Shown: positions 1 through 14,727, counted from the first letter of the stretch. The stretch: 32,000 nt of DNA from Synechococcus elongatus PCC 6301 (GCF_000010065.1 NC_006576.1:840001-872000), one strand, 5' to 3'. Program-made: numbers and translations. Notes: generated by a model from the sequence alone, not told the origin.

Positions 1-1338
1 AAATTGATCGCGGCATCCAAGTAGACCTGGGAGGGCGACATTCCTGAAGCGATCGCCGCCGCATAGACAAACATCTTGAAAGTGGAACCCGGCTGACGAT
101 AGGCCTGGGTCGCGCGGTTGAACTGGCTGCGATTGAAATCCACCCCGCCCACCATCGCCCGAATTGCCCCATCGCGAGGATCGATACTGACGAGAGCCCC
201 CTGCAAACTGCCGTAGGTCGAGTTTTGGATAGCCTGGTCCGCCGCTTGTTGCCAGCGATAGTTCAAGGTCGTCTTGAGCGTCAGGCCGCCGTACTCCAAG
301 ACATCCGGCGCAACAAAGCGTGGCAGTTCCTGGCGAACGTAGTCGGTAAAGTAGGGCGCCAGACTTTGAGCATATTTCGGTGCTGCAGGCTTGAGCGCAA
401 GGGGTTCGCGGCGAGCAGCTTCTGCCTCAGATGGGGTGATGAAGCCCACCTCTTGCATGCGGCTCAGCACACTATTACGCCGCTCTTGAGCCACTTCCAA
501 GGAGACCAAAGGCGAGTAGGCTGTGGGCGCGGGGGGTAGCCCCGCCAGCGTTGCCATTTCTCCTAGGCTGAGGTCTTGGACTGGCTTGCTGAAGTAAGTC
601 CAAGCAGCATCAGCAACCCCGTAGGCCCCTGCCCCGAGATAGACCAAATTGAGATACTGCTCAAGGATTTGGTCCTTGGTCAACTCTTGCTCTAGCTTTT
701 GCGCCATCAGCGCTTCGTTGAGCTTGCGTTGCAGACTGCGCTCTTGGCTGAGAAAAACAATGCGGGCCAGCTGCTGGGTGATGGTACTAGCACCCTCCTG
801 CACCTGACCGCTGAGCAGGTTTGTGACGCTGGCGCGGGCAATCCCGAACAGATCGATACCGCTATGTTCGTAGAAGCGCCGATCCTCAGCCGCGAGGAAA
901 GCCTGACGTAGACGCAGGGGAATCTGCTTGAAGGGCACCTTGTCGCGCGTGGCCGGCCCAATTTTCTGCAGAACGGTATTGTCGGCCGAGAGAATGGTGA
1001 TCGTGCCCGGTCGCGTGAAGCTAGACCTCTTTGGGATTAGGGAGCTGCTGAATCCATCGCCGCCGCGCGATTTCAGCCCCAGCGACACCAGCCGCCCCGA
1101 TCGCCAGAATGAGCGCTACCCCTAACCAATGCTGTCGCCCCGATCGCGGTAGACGAGCCGCTCGGGCCTCTCGGCGGGCTCGCCGTCTTTCTGCTCGCGC
1201 TTGACGGGATCGAGAGGTAGAAGCCGGTTTGGCCTTCCAAAAAGGTAGCCCCTTGGGTGTTGCAGCAGCCGGCCGATCGCTCGTTGGGTCAGCAGCAGAA
1301 GACTTGGCCACAGGTGGTTGATTGCTAGAGCCAGACAC
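1..1338 (-). CDS. Class A penicillin-binding protein (transglycosylase/transpeptidase), partial: C-terminus runs off the window; apparent frameshift near 1021
   Basis: Minus-strand translation of ~1-1018 gives PBP1A-like sequence (GIARASVTNLLSGQVQEGASTITQQLARIVFLSQERSLQRKLNEALMAQKLEQELTKDQILEQYLNLVYLGAGAYGV). ORF 1021-1338 gives the cytoplasmic/TM anchor in another frame. Proposed start is GTG at 1338. Confidence 0.8.
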
Positions 1339-1623
1339 CGCTCGATTGAAACTCCCGGAGATAGTGATGCCCTATGAGAGAGCGATCGTGCAGGGATCTT
1401 AGCCGCTATCCAAGCATTGAGCAGCAATGATCGTGTAGTTGTTTAGAGGCAAGTCCAGCAGTTGTTCCCACTATTGCGGCGATCGCAACCTGCCTGATCT
1501 TGATTATCTGGCAGCGCTGAGAACCACCCTCAAACACCCAGACGGTCATTAGAACCGCTTAGGGACAGACGGGGCTGAACAAGGCACTTTGATACGATCG
1601 AAGGACTTTTGCTGCCTGCCACC

Positions 1624-2280
1624 ATGCTGACGATCGCCCTGCCCAAAGGTGCCCTACTCAAAGACAGCATTCGCTTGCTGCAATCCGCAGGGCTCGACTT
1701 CAGCGCCTTTTTGGAACCTGGAAATCGCCAGCTACAGATTCTCGATCGCCAGGAACGGGCCAAGGCTTTACTGGTACGCAACTCGGACGTACCGGTCTAT
1801 GTGGAATACGGGCAGGCTCAACTTGGTGTGGTTGGCTATGACGTCCTGCGGGAGAAAACCGCGAGAGTGGCGCAGCTGATCGACCTCAGGTTTGGCGGGT
1901 GCCGTATGTCGATCGCAGTCAAAGCCAGCAGTCCCTATCGTTCAGTACTTGACCTGCCAGCCCACTGTCGCATTGCCTCCAAATTTGTGCACTGTGCTCG
2001 CGACTATTTCCACAATCTCGATTTGCCTGTAGAGATTGTGCCGCTCTCCGGCTCTGTGGAACTAGGGCCGATTACCGGTATGTCAGAAGCGATCGTCGAT
2101 TTAGTTGCCACGGGTCAAACCCTACGCGAGAACGGCTTAGTTGAGATCGAGACGCTGTTTGACAGTACGGCTCGCCTGATCGCCAACCCCTTGGCCTATC
2201 GGATCAATGCAGATGGCATTAGTGAACTAATCGAGGAGCTGCGGCAGAGTGTCACTCAGGCGATCGCAGCAACTTGCTAG
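1624..2280 (+). CDS. hisG: ATP phosphoribosyltransferase catalytic subunit (short form)
   Basis: [20 protein letters not shown]..., [21 protein letters not shown] and [24 protein letters not shown]-type motifs typical of HisG. Confidence 0.93.
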   Translation: MLTIALPKGALLKDSIRLLQSAGLDFSAFLEPGNRQLQILDRQERAKALLVRNSDVPVYVEYGQAQLGVVGYDVLREKTARVAQLIDLRFGGCRMSIAVKASSPYRSVLDLPAHCRIASKFVHCARDYFHNLDLPVEIVPLSGSVELGPITGMSEAIVDLVATGQTLRENGLVEIETLFDSTARLIANPLAYRINADGISELIEELRQSVTQAIAATC

Positions 2281-2312
2281 GGTGAAGCATGACCTGGTCC
2301 ACGCTTTAATTC

Positions 2313-4109
2313 ATGCTTGCTCTGTTACGTCGTTGGGATGATTGGTCACTACTGAGTCGGCTTTTGCCTTACCTCGGTCGCCACAAGCGGTTACTGATCG
2401 GATCGTTGATTTTGCTCGTGCCCTTGGCTTTGGCCGGCGCCGTGCAACCCATGCTGGTGGGGCAAGCGATCTCGGTTCTACAGAACAAGCCGACCTGGGA
2501 AATGCTGCAGGGCATGAGCCGCAGTCAAGGCTTGAACCTACTCTCCTTGGCACTGTTGGCCACGATCGTTGTGCGGCTGGCCTTCCGAGGCGTCCAAGGC
2601 TACTACGTGCAGGAAGTCGGTCAGCGCGTGACCGCCGACATTCGCCAAGATTTGTTCCAGCACGTCACGGCTCTGGCCGTGCGCTTTTTCGATCGCACGC
2701 CTGTGGGCAAGCTGGTGACACGACTCACCAACGATGTCGAAGCCCTCGGCGAAGTCTTTTCGACCGGCGCGATCGGTATTCTCAGCGATATTGTTTCATT
2801 GCTGGCGATCGCGATCGCCATGTTTTGGTTGCAGTGGCAATTGGCGCTGTTGCTGACCGTTTTATTGCCGCCCACCACGGCTGTCATCCTCTATTTCCAG
2901 CGACGCTACCGCAAAGCCAATTACCGAGCCCGCGAGGAGCTGTCGAACCTCAACGCCAGCTTGCAGGAAAACATGGTCGGGATTGGCATTGTCCAAAGCT
3001 TCCGCCGCGAAGCCTACAATGCCCAGCAGTTTCGAGTGGCGAATCAACGCTATCTCGAAGCCGTCGATCGCACGATCTTTCACGACTCGGCCATTTCCGC
3101 CACGCTGGAATGGATCTCGCTGGCTGCGATCGCGGCTGTCCTCTGGTTAGGCAGCTTTCTGGTATTGCAAGACCAAATGAATTTTGGTCTGTTAGCAGCA
3201 TTTATTCTTTACTCGCAGCGGTTGTTTGACCCGTTGCGCCAACTCGCTGAAAAATTCACCTCGATTCAAGCTGGATTTACAGCGATCGAGCGAATTGTCG
3301 ACATCTTCAATGAACCAATTGAAATTCGCGATGCCGCCCAGACCCAACAACTGAGCCTTGAAACCTCACAGTCTGGAGAAATTCACTTTGAAAATGTTTG
3401 GTTTGGCTACAAGCCCGATGAGCCGGTCATTCAAAACCTCAACATCACCATTCAACCCGGTCAAAAGGTTGCACTAGTGGGGCCGACTGGAGCCGGAAAG
3501 AGTACGATTATTCGCCTGCTCTGTCGCCTCTATGAGCCAACTCAAGGACGGATTTTAATTGACGGCATTGATATCCGAAATCTACCTCAGGTCGAGCTGC
3601 GGCGTCACCTAGGCGTCATTCTCCAAGACGGCTTTCTGTTTGCCGGGGATGTCAGCAGCAACATCACGCTGGGAGAGCCCTACGACCAGGAGGCGGTGCA
3701 GGCAGCAGCGCGTCGCACCAATGTTGCCACGCTGATTGAATCGCTGCCGCAAGGCTATGCCACTCCTTTACGGGAACGCGGGACAAATTTGTCGGGCGGA
3801 CAAAGGCAGCTATTGGCGTTTGCGCGGGTGGCCATTCGCGATCCAAAGGTGTTGATTTTGGATGAGGCGACAGCGAATTTAGATGTCGGCACTGAAGCTC
3901 TTGTTCAAGAGGCTTTAGATGATCTCCTGAGCGATCGCACCGCAATTATTATTGCTCACCGGCTCTCGACAATTCGCAATGCCGATCGCATCTTAGTCCT
4001 CCGCCAAGGACAGCTAATCGAAGATGGATCACATGATGTTTTGATGGCTCGCAACGGACTATATACCAGTCTCTATCGACTGCAATCACTGGGAGCAGAA
4101 GTAGCCTAG
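2313..4109 (+). CDS. ABC transporter, fused transmembrane + ATPase domains (MsbA/MdlB-like exporter)
   Basis: Walker A (GPTGAGKST), signature (LSGGQRQL), Walker B (KVLILDEATANLD), H-loop (IIAHRLSTI), six-TM N-terminal region. Confidence 0.92.
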   Translation: MLALLRRWDDWSLLSRLLPYLGRHKRLLIGSLILLVPLALAGAVQPMLVGQAISVLQNKPTWEMLQGMSRSQGLNLLSLALLATIVVRLAFRGVQGYYVQEVGQRVTADIRQDLFQHVTALAVRFFDRTPVGKLVTRLTNDVEALGEVFSTGAIGILSDIVSLLAIAIAMFWLQWQLALLLTVLLPPTTAVILYFQRRYRKANYRAREELSNLNASLQENMVGIGIVQSFRREAYNAQQFRVANQRYLEAVDRTIFHDSAISATLEWISLAAIAAVLWLGSFLVLQDQMNFGLLAAFILYSQRLFDPLRQLAEKFTSIQAGFTAIERIVDIFNEPIEIRDAAQTQQLSLETSQSGEIHFENVWFGYKPDEPVIQNLNITIQPGQKVALVGPTGAGKSTIIRLLCRLYEPTQGRILIDGIDIRNLPQVELRRHLGVILQDGFLFAGDVSSNITLGEPYDQEAVQAAARRTNVATLIESLPQGYATPLRERGTNLSGGQRQLLAFARVAIRDPKVLILDEATANLDVGTEALVQEALDDLLSDRTAIIIAHRLSTIRNADRILVLRQGQLIEDGSHDVLMARNGLYTSLYRLQSLGAEVA

Positions 4110-4348
4110 CGACCGCGCCACCGACGGTTACTCACCCTAGAGCCAGACTCTCGCGTCTCTAGACCCGAACACTGGCAGGTTTAGCAACAACAAGTGCTAG
4201 TCAATCCTGAAGCGTTAAAAGCGTTTCCTAAGTGCTTCAGCCATCTTTGTCGTTTTCTTACAAATCCTGAGCCTTTTCAACAAACCGTTGTTTTTACTGC
4301 GATCTAGGTGCCTCCTAAAGATAGGACGTGCGATCGCGAGGCTCAGCT

Positions 4349-6909
<2,561 letters not shown>

Positions 6910-6913
<4 letters not shown>

Positions 6914-8283
6914 GCAGGTTGCCCGTCGGCACGGTTCTCAACGATCGCTACGAATTGGATAGCCCCCTTGGGCAGGGTGGAACAGGCACGACCTATCGCG
7001 CCCACGATCGCCAGAGCCAACAGACTGTCGCGATCAAAATCCTGACGCTCAGCGGCACCACCGACTGGAAGATTCTGGACTTGTTTGAGCGGGAAGCTCG
7101 GATCCTCGCAACCCTGCAGCATCTGGGTATTCCTCACTATCGCGATTACTTTCAGACCGAGACCAGCAGCGACTGTTACTTCTGTCTGGTACGCGACCTC
7201 GTCGAAGGCCAGCCCCTCGATCAACTGGTGGAGCAGGGTGCCCGCTTGAGCGAGGAGGAAGTTGTCGTGATCGCAGCACAAGTACTGGAGATTCTGGTCT
7301 ACCTGCAAAGCCTCTATCCGCCCCTCATCCACCGCGACATCAAGCCGCAGAATCTGATTCGGCAAACCGACGGTCAGCTCCAGCTCATCGATTTTGGCTC
7401 TGTGCAGGCGATCGCCCGCGAAACCCTGCTGGGCAGCAACACTTTCGTTGGCACGCTGGGTTACATGCCACCCGAGCAACTCCAGGGGCAGAGCAGTCCG
7501 CAATCGGATCTCTATGCTGTGGGCGCGACCCTCGTCTTTCTGCTAACGGGGCGATCGCCCGATCAACTGCAGCGACAGCGGTTGCGGATCGACTTTCGAC
7601 CCTACGCCAAAATTTCCGATCGTCTAGCAACATGGCTGGATCAACTTCTGGCTCCCCTGCCGGAAGAACGGTTTGGCTCCGCCGCGATCGCCCTTCAAGC
7701 GCTCAAAGTCCTGAATCGCCCCAGCTTCAGTCCATCTGCGATCGCCAGTTCCTCCAGCGACACCGTGCTGAGCCTCCGGAAACCCGCCGGTAGCAAGGTG
7801 GAATTAACCCGCAGTCCCCAGCGTTTACGCCTGCGAATCCCGCCGCAAGGCCTGCGGCTTTCTCTCTTGGGACTGGCAGGATTCGCGCTGTTTTGGAATG
7901 TTTTGCTGGTCTTTTTTACAGCGACCTTTGCTGTCAGTGCCCCCCTATTTCTGCTTTTCTTGCTGCCTTTTTGGTACGTCGGCATCATGCTAATGGCGCC
8001 CTTGTGTTTGGCACTGTTTGGCCAATCCATTTTGGAGATCGGACGCGATCGATTCCAGCTGCACATGACTGCTTTGGGAATCAGCAAAACCCTACGTGGT
8101 CAAACTGATGACATTAATGCAGTAGAAGTTGCCCACAGTGGGATTCGCATCAACGATGTGCCGCTCTACACCTGTGTTCTACAAGTTGGCATCAATCGCC
8201 ATCAGTTCGGTTTTATGCTAACTACGATTGAACAAGATTGGATTGCAGCTGAGCTGCAACAATTCCTGCAGCAGCTAGTTTGA
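6910..8283 (+). CDS. Serine/threonine protein kinase with C-terminal membrane domain
   Basis: Glycine loop GQGGTGTTYRAHD, VAIKIL, HRDIKPQNLI, DFGSV, GTLGYMPPEQ; hydrophobic segments after the kinase domain. Start overlaps the ppsA stop (ATGA). Confidence 0.92.
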
Positions 8284-10668
8284 AGCGGTGCTGGGGTAAG
8301 CAATCCGTTTGTGATGGAACTGCTGCCAAATTTGGACAAAGACTTCCGCGATCGTGGCGAGATCTCGACGGCTTAACCCCGAGGCAGCCAGTTGGTTATC
8401 TTGCCAGCGCGCCCGAATAATCCGCTTGACCATACGCAGCGCATCTTCCATCGTGGCATTCTCGAGCGATCGCAGAGCCGCCTCACAGGAATCAGCCAGC
8501 ATCACAATGCCGGTTTCACGACTTTGGGGAATCGGTCCCGGATAGCGAAAATCCTGTTCATTGACTGTGTAGCGATCGGGATCTTTTTGGGCGAGTTCTT
8601 TCGCTTGGTGATAGAAATAGGCGATCAGCATCGTGCCCTGATGCTCAGGGATGAAGTCCCGCACGGCCTTGGGTAACCCTGCCCGCCGCGCCAGCTGTAC
8701 CCCTTCCGAGACATGGCGTTGAATAATCGCAGCGCTTTGCCAAGGGTCATTGATTTGGTCGTGTTGGTTTTTGCCGCTCTGCTGATTTTCGACAAAACAG
8801 CACGGCTCACAGAGCTTGCCCACATCGTGATAGAGCGTGCCAGTACGCACCAACTCCATGTTGCAGCCCAGGGCTCGAGCCGCTGCCTCTGCCAAGGAGG
8901 AGACGAATAGCGTGTGCTGAAAAGTACCTGGAGCCTCAGCTGCCAGACGACGCAGCAGGGGGCGGTTGGGGTTCGCCAACTCCGCCAGTCGAATCGGCGT
9001 CACGAGATCAAAAATGCGCTCAAGGTAGGGACTGATCCCCAAGGCCACCACACTCCAGGCCATCCCCCGCAGGGCGTGAATTCCCACAGTGGTCAGCAGT
9101 GAGATCCAAGAGGCAAAAAAGAGGCCAGCAGGCGGATTGATCAAGCTGCAGAGCAGAAAGGTTACCCCTTCAGCCATGCCAACACCGAGGCCCAGTAACG
9201 CCACTTCTTCGCGCGAGCGCAGGGAACCCACACGCACGGCGCCGACCAAGCCAGCCACGGAGCTAGCCATCAGGGAGTTGAGGTCAACCACGGGCACCAA
9301 GTTTAGTCCCAGGGGCGCGATCGCAGTCAGCAAGACAACGAGGGTGCTCCCCAGCCGAGCGCCGTAGAAGCTGCCCGCTAGCAAACCCACTGCCGGCAAG
9401 GTCGAAACATGCAGCGGCGTGCTGTAGCCCAGGGGGACTGAGAGCGCTAAGACCAAGGGCAAGAGGCGATCGCCCACCCGCAGGTTGGGTTGCCAGCGGC
9501 GTTGCATTAACCAGAAGACCGCCAAGCCCAACGTCACAATGCCGCCAAAGCCAATCAAACCGGGCCAGTTAGGGCTGCGGCGCGTCAAACCGAAGTAGTC
9601 CAGCAGGGCAAATTCCCGCTCTCGAATCACCTCACCCGAGGCAACGATCACCTGACCTTTGCGAACAGGCACCACCACGTCATCGACAGCACTAGCTCGT
9701 AATTCGGCTAAAAAGCGCGTCTTTTCCTGATCGATCTCCAGGGTGCTTTGGTTGTTGATTACCTGTCCCAGCAGGGTTTGTCCCACCAGCACTGCAGAGT
9801 TGGAAAGCTGGTTGCCCAAGTGGGAGCGAATCGTGTTTTGAATCACCGGCTCGGGCAGCCCCTGGGGTAGCCCTTGGGCCAGAATGCGATCAAGCGCCTC
9901 GCGGAGAGTGAGCTGGAGTTGCTGCCATTGGCGATTGCTGAGGTCCAGGAGTTCAGGCTGGAAAGGTGAGGGGCGAGCTGAAGACTGGAGCGTGTCGAGG
10001 CTGTCACGGGCACGGGTGTAGCGCTGCTGAGCCTGACGAATGCTGGAGAGGACATTCGGCCAAGTTTGGGGCGATCGCCGTCGTACTTGCTCCAAGCTAT
10101 CGAGCAGCTGTTGGAGTTCTGGATCGGTCAGGGGCTGATTGGGTTGGGTCAGCGCTTGTTGGAGTTGACGCCAGCGCTGGGGCGACAACTGGCGCAACGT
10201 CAGTTGGGTTTGCTCGCTGAGCTGAGCGACAGGCAGGTAGGGAAACGCACCCAGTTGCTCCCGCACTTCCTCGCCTTGGGCAAGGAAGGCATTTAGGGTT
10301 TGGCGTAGTTGCTGATTGGTCGTCGCATTGATGCGCAGCACGGCCGTGGTCCCCGATCGCGCTTCGCTACGGCGGCGATCGGTACTGAGGCGATCGACCA
10401 CTTGGGCCGAGTCAGGCGCTGTGATAGTGACCGCCGCACGCATCCCTACGTCGAGGCGGGGCTGATTATAAAACCGTTGGCCTGCCAGCGCAGTCATAGC
10501 CACGATGCCAAGAATCCCTAAGGCCAGGCAACGGCGATAGGAACGGCGGCGCTTGGGGGTGATTACCAGGCAGGCAGGCCCCAAGGCAAAGCGATCGGGC
10601 TCGCGATCGCTCCAGTTAGGTTGCTGACGCACAAAGGGTCGAACGATCCAGCCGGGCAAGGAAATCAT
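8275..10668 (-). CDS. 7TM receptor with intracellular HD hydrolase domain (PgpH-like, putative c-di-AMP phosphodiesterase)
   Basis: TGTLYHDVGKLCEPCCFVENQ...ISRHVSEGVQLARRAGLP HD domain, multiple TM segments, extracytoplasmic N-terminal region. Start MISLPGWIVRP is preferred over the 10929 ORF start, which overlaps the upstream ORF. Confidence 0.88.
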   Translation of the reverse strand: MISLPGWIVRPFVRQQPNWSDREPDRFALGPACLVITPKRRRSYRRCLALGILGIVAMTALAGQRFYNQPRLDVGMRAAVTITAPDSAQVVDRLSTDRRRSEARSGTTAVLRINATTNQQLRQTLNAFLAQGEEVREQLGAFPYLPVAQLSEQTQLTLRQLSPQRWRQLQQALTQPNQPLTDPELQQLLDSLEQVRRRSPQTWPNVLSSIRQAQQRYTRARDSLDTLQSSARPSPFQPELLDLSNRQWQQLQLTLREALDRILAQGLPQGLPEPVIQNTIRSHLGNQLSNSAVLVGQTLLGQVINNQSTLEIDQEKTRFLAELRASAVDDVVVPVRKGQVIVASGEVIREREFALLDYFGLTRRSPNWPGLIGFGGIVTLGLAVFWLMQRRWQPNLRVGDRLLPLVLALSVPLGYSTPLHVSTLPAVGLLAGSFYGARLGSTLVVLLTAIAPLGLNLVPVVDLNSLMASSVAGLVGAVRVGSLRSREEVALLGLGVGMAEGVTFLLCSLINPPAGLFFASWISLLTTVGIHALRGMAWSVVALGISPYLERIFDLVTPIRLAELANPNRPLLRRLAAEAPGTFQHTLFVSSLAEAAARALGCNMELVRTGTLYHDVGKLCEPCCFVENQQSGKNQHDQINDPWQSAAIIQRHVSEGVQLARRAGLPKAVRDFIPEHQGTMLIAYFYHQAKELAQKDPDRYTVNEQDFRYPGPIPQSRETGIVMLADSCEAALRSLENATMEDALRMVKRIIRARWQDNQLAASGLSRRDLATIAEVFVQIWQQFHHKRIAYPSTASN

Positions 10669-10829
10669 GGAAGGGGACGCCAGATCACAAGAGCCAACAT
10701 GCGATGAGGGGGTCGTGAACAGGCGCTCGGCAAGCATTAGGCCGATTATAGCGAGTTGAGTTTGTCTGCTCAGGCACGCTGGGTATTGAGGCAACTGGCG
10801 CCTAGTCGGATGAGCATCCCTCACCAGGG

Positions 10830-11342
10830 TCAGGTCTTTGTCCCAGGTGGCCAGCGGTAGCCTGTCTGCCAAGCCGCTAACTGTTCGCCCAGGGCTCGCA
10901 GACGGACTTGGGGTAGCGATTGCCACCAAGTCAGCGGCAGGATCACCGTGCCGTAGTGACGACCCAAATCAGCTAGCTCCAGAGCGATCGCCTCAGATTC
11001 ACGGGTTTGCTGCTGCGCGATCGCCCAGAGAAGGGGCAGCTCGGGTAGCCGCCTCGGCTCCGACCAGGACGGTTGCAACCCACGATCAGGCTGTAGATAC
11101 CGACAGGGTAAAGTCTCAATGCCTGTGTACGTCGGTACCGATCGACGCTGCCAAAGTTCGGCCGCGATCGCCTCCCAAGCTGGTAACAGTGACTCTGGCG
11201 GGCGTTCTGAGGATTGCCCCAAAAACAGCGCGATCGCCAACGGGGCTAGCCAGCGATCGGTCCGAGGAGAAAAGCTAAAGACAGAATGCGAAATCGGCAA
11301 ACCAGCGGAGCACTCAAAGGATAGACGGGATGGCGGCAGCAA
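10830..11342 (-). CDS. Hypothetical protein (~170 aa)
   Basis: Open frame without overlap to a recognised gene apart from its 5' end; composition resembles neighbouring core genes. True start uncertain. Confidence 0.5.
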   Translation of the reverse strand: MLPPSRLSFECSAGLPISHSVFSFSPRTDRWLAPLAIALFLGQSSERPPESLLPAWEAIAAELWQRRSVPTYTGIETLPCRYLQPDRGLQPSWSEPRRLPELPLLWAIAQQQTRESEAIALELADLGRHYGTVILPLTWWQSLPQVRLRALGEQLAAWQTGYRWPPGTKT

Positions 11343-12199
11343 TACTGGATGGTCGAGCCTTGGCAGCCCAACGGCGCCAACAACTGCGGGAACAAGTAGA
11401 AGCGATCGCCCCGGCTGTCGGTCGTCGTCCGGGCCTTGCTGTGATTATGGTCGGTGACAATCCCGCCAGTGCCGTCTATGTCCGCAACAAAGAGAGAGCC
11501 TGCGAGCAAACCGGCATTGTCTCCTTTGGCAAGCATCTGCCTGGCGACAGCAGCGAAGCTGAAATTCGGGCGCTGATCGAAGAGCTCAACCAAGATGACC
11601 GGGTTGATGGCATTTTGGTGCAATTGCCATTGCCTAGCCATTTAGATGCCGTGCCGCTCCTGCTGGCGATCGATCCTGAAAAAGATGCTGATGGCCTGCA
11701 CCCGCTCAATCTAGGGCGGCTACTGCGCGGTGAGGAAGGACTCCGCAGCTGTACCCCTGCTGGAGTGATGGAGCTGCTGGCTGCCAATCAAATCGACCCC
11801 GCTGGCAAAAAAGCCGTGGTGATCGGTCGCAGCATTCTCGTCGGTAAGCCGCTGGCGATGATGCTGCTGGAAGCTAACGCCACCGTCACGATCGCCCATT
11901 CCCGCACTCCCAATCTGCCGGAGGTCTGCCGCCAAGCCGACATTGTCGTGGCCGCAGTCGGACGACCAGAGCTGGTCGGAGCTGACTGGATCAAGCCCGG
12001 TGCCGTCGTCGTGGATGTGGGCATTAACCGCTTGGAAGATGGCCGTCTCGTCGGAGACGTGGACTACGAAGCGGCTTCGGCTATCACCAGCTGGATCACG
12101 CCGGTTCCCGGCGGCGTTGGACCAATGACCGTGGCAATGCTGTTGCATAATACGGTCTTGAGCTATTGCCGCCGCTCGGGACAGCCCTTTCTGAGCTAA
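11330..12199 (+). CDS. folD: Bifunctional methylenetetrahydrofolate dehydrogenase/cyclohydrolase
   Basis: [24 protein letters not shown]-like, [57 protein letters not shown]. Confidence 0.95.
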   Translation: MAAAILDGRALAAQRRQQLREQVEAIAPAVGRRPGLAVIMVGDNPASAVYVRNKERACEQTGIVSFGKHLPGDSSEAEIRALIEELNQDDRVDGILVQLPLPSHLDAVPLLLAIDPEKDADGLHPLNLGRLLRGEEGLRSCTPAGVMELLAANQIDPAGKKAVVIGRSILVGKPLAMMLLEANATVTIAHSRTPNLPEVCRQADIVVAAVGRPELVGADWIKPGAVVVDVGINRLEDGRLVGDVDYEAASAITSWITPVPGGVGPMTVAMLLHNTVLSYCRRSGQPFLS

Positions 12200-12241
12200 A
12201 CCGCTGAGTGGTGTGGCCTGTTTCCCATTGCGCTAAGCCCT

Positions 12242-13147
12242 ATGGTCGCCTCTTCATCGCTTCGCTTCGATCTCAAAAGCTACTTAAAGGAGCGGCAGCG
12301 CCAAGTTGAGGCAGCTCTAAATGCGATCTTGCCACCCCAAGATCCACCGTTGATCTACGAGTCGATGCGCTATTCCCTGCTGGCAGAAGGCAAGCGGCTA
12401 CGGCCCATTCTTTGCCTCGCCAGTTGCGAACTAGCGGGTGGAACGGCTGCGATCGCCCTACCGACAGCCTGTGCCTTGGAGATGGTGCACACCATGTCCC
12501 TGATCCACGACGACCTGCCGTCGATGGACAACGATGATTTTCGGCGCGGTCGACCCACCAATCACAAGGTTTACGGCGAAGACATCGCCATTCTGGCCGG
12601 TGATGCACTGCTGACTTACGCCTTTGAAGCGATCGCCCGTCACACGCCCGAAGTGCCTGCCGATCGCGTCCTCAAGGTGATTGCCGCCTTAGCACGAGCC
12701 GTTGGAGCCGAAGGGCTTGTTGGCGGGCAAGTGGTGGATCTGCAATCCGAGGGACGGGATGACGTCAACCTCGAAACCCTGCACTACATCCACACCCACA
12801 AAACGGGTGCGCTCTTGGAAGTCTCTGTGGTTTCTGGTGCCATTCTGGCCGGCGCAAGCGAAGAGCTCCAAGAGCAGCTGCGCACCTATGCTCAAAAAAT
12901 TGGTCTGGCTTTCCAAGTGATCGACGACATCTTGGACATCACAGCAACGGCCGAAGAACTGGGTAAAACGGCGGGCAAGGATCTGGCTGCGAAAAAAGCA
13001 ACCTACCCCAGCCTGCTCGGTCTGGACGCATCTCGCGAGTATGCCGATCAGCTGATTACCGAAGCGAAAGCAGCGATCGCAGCCTTTGGTGCCGAAGCCG
13101 ATCCACTGCGGGCGATCGCTGACTACATTACGGCACGGAAACACTGA
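12242..13147 (+). CDS. crtE: Geranylgeranyl diphosphate synthase (polyprenyl synthetase)
   Basis: [40 protein letters not shown] (first Asp-rich motif) and [24 protein letters not shown] (second). Confidence 0.93.
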   Translation: MVASSSLRFDLKSYLKERQRQVEAALNAILPPQDPPLIYESMRYSLLAEGKRLRPILCLASCELAGGTAAIALPTACALEMVHTMSLIHDDLPSMDNDDFRRGRPTNHKVYGEDIAILAGDALLTYAFEAIARHTPEVPADRVLKVIAALARAVGAEGLVGGQVVDLQSEGRDDVNLETLHYIHTHKTGALLEVSVVSGAILAGASEELQEQLRTYAQKIGLAFQVIDDILDITATAEELGKTAGKDLAAKKATYPSLLGLDASREYADQLITEAKAAIAAFGAEADPLRAIADYITARKH

Positions 13148-13626
13148 TGTTATCCGTCCTCCGTCAATTGCTGGCCAATGACGTCCTCGTTGCTGCCCTG
13201 CTTGCCTGCGGCCTCGCTCAGTTCTCAAAACTGATTGTTGAGGGGGTGCGCGATCGCCGTCTGAACTGGCATGTGCTGATTGAAACCGGCGGTATGCCCA
13301 GCTCGCACTCGGCGTTGGTCGCTGCATTGGCCACGGCTGTTGGCCGACAGCAGGGTTGGGGCAGCCTTGAATTTGCGGTTGTCACCGTCTTCGCGATCAT
13401 CGTCATGTACGACGCAGCAGGGGTGCGCTGGGCGGCAGGTCGCCAAGCTCGTATTTTGAACCTGATCAGCGAGCAGGTGCTGACCACCTCAGAGGAAGAA
13501 GATGCGATCGAGCGTCTGAAGGAAGCCCTGGGACATACCCGACTGGAAGTTCTGGTCGGCGCGATCATGGGCGTTGCGATCGCCCTGCTACTAGAGCCTG
13601 CTCTGTTACTCTCCGAGTGGCTGTAA
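13147..13626 (+). CDS. Divergent PAP2 family protein (DUF212-type acid phosphatase/haloperoxidase-related membrane protein)
   Basis: GGMPSSHSALVAALATAVG, MYDAAGVR, TM segments; overlaps the crtE stop by one base. Confidence 0.85.
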   Translation: MLSVLRQLLANDVLVAALLACGLAQFSKLIVEGVRDRRLNWHVLIETGGMPSSHSALVAALATAVGRQQGWGSLEFAVVTVFAIIVMYDAAGVRWAAGRQARILNLISEQVLTTSEEEDAIERLKEALGHTRLEVLVGAIMGVAIALLLEPALLLSEWL

Positions 13627-13764
13627 GACCAATCTGCACTCGAAGGTCAGTCCCACACTATTGCTTTGAGCAAAAAGATTGGGACTTTGTTCCTGAGCTG
13701 ATGAACCTTCAACCTGTGGTCAAAATCGACGCGTTTTACCCGTAGCGACGCAGGCGAACCCAGT

Positions 13765-14652
13765 TCAAATCGAGGGCTGAACCGAGGCATCACAGTTCAG
13801 CTGAGGGCGGGTTGACTGGCTAACCCAGGTTTGAATTGCTTCGGCCACCGCATCGGTTTGCTCCAGCATGGCTAAATGCCCACAGTGCCGAAGCTGTCGC
13901 AGATTGCGGCCTTCCAGACCAAAGCTGGGATGGAAACTGGCAAGATGCTGCACGTAAGCAGGCGGCATGATCGAATCGCGATCGCCCGCTAAAAAGTAGA
14001 CCGGCTGCGTCAGTCGAGCGACCAAACTCGGCAGACAGTGAACCTGTTCTGCGGTGGTGGAATCCAGCAGAATCCCAATTGCTGCCCTAGCATCAGCCCC
14101 CAAGAAATCCTGCAGGCGCTGTCGCGCCCACTTGCGGGGCAAAGGTCGATGCACACTATCCCAACAGAAAGGCAGCTCAGCGCCCGGAATCTGCCGTAGC
14201 CACTGCGGTCGCCAGCGAATCAGCTGCTGACCAAAGCCCCGAAATCGTTCAAACTCTCGCTCGATATAGATGCCGCCGCCCGCATTTACCCCGATGACGC
14301 CTGCCACGCGATCGGGACAGAGCCGTGCTGCCCACAGCGCAACAGTGCCACCCAAGGAGTGACCTACCAGCCAAACCCGCCGCAGATCCAAAGCCGTCAG
14401 CAGAGCAATCAAGTCTTCGGCATAATCCGCAGGACTATGGCCCAGATCAGGATTGGCTGCGGATTCCCCAAAACCCCGCAGGTCATAGCTGAGGCAAGGC
14501 CACTGCGATCGCAGTCGAGTGATCAGCGGTTGCCAATAGGTACGACTCAGCAACCAGCCGTGAAGAAATACCAGTGTCAGTTCAGGGTCGCCGTCCGTTT
14601 GATCAGTTTGATCGTAGGCGTGCAACGATCCCCGTAAATTCAGATGGGGCAT
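13765..14652 (-). CDS. Alpha/beta hydrolase
   Basis: VFLHGWLLS oxyanion region, VGHSLGG nucleophile elbow, AGDRDSIMP acid, HCGHLAMLE histidine. Confidence 0.9.
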   Translation of the reverse strand: MPHLNLRGSLHAYDQTDQTDGDPELTLVFLHGWLLSRTYWQPLITRLRSQWPCLSYDLRGFGESAANPDLGHSPADYAEDLIALLTALDLRRVWLVGHSLGGTVALWAARLCPDRVAGVIGVNAGGGIYIEREFERFRGFGQQLIRWRPQWLRQIPGAELPFCWDSVHRPLPRKWARQRLQDFLGADARAAIGILLDSTTAEQVHCLPSLVARLTQPVYFLAGDRDSIMPPAYVQHLASFHPSFGLEGRNLRQLRHCGHLAMLEQTDAVAEAIQTWVSQSTRPQLNCDASVQPSI

Positions 14653-14727
14653 GCCTTTAGGATAAAGGCTTTGAGCCTGCAGGATTTACTAACGACTGGC
14701 ACAGCGCCCAAGCGAGTGGCAGCAGGA

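Noticed and set aside
2342-3229. 295-aa + strand ORF inside the ABC transporter gene
   Set aside because: Same-strand alternate-frame shadow of a clearly conserved transporter; low-complexity Arg/Ala-rich translation.
11246-12148. Minus-strand ORFs antisense to folD (131, 103 and 142 aa)
   Set aside because: Shadow ORFs of folD.
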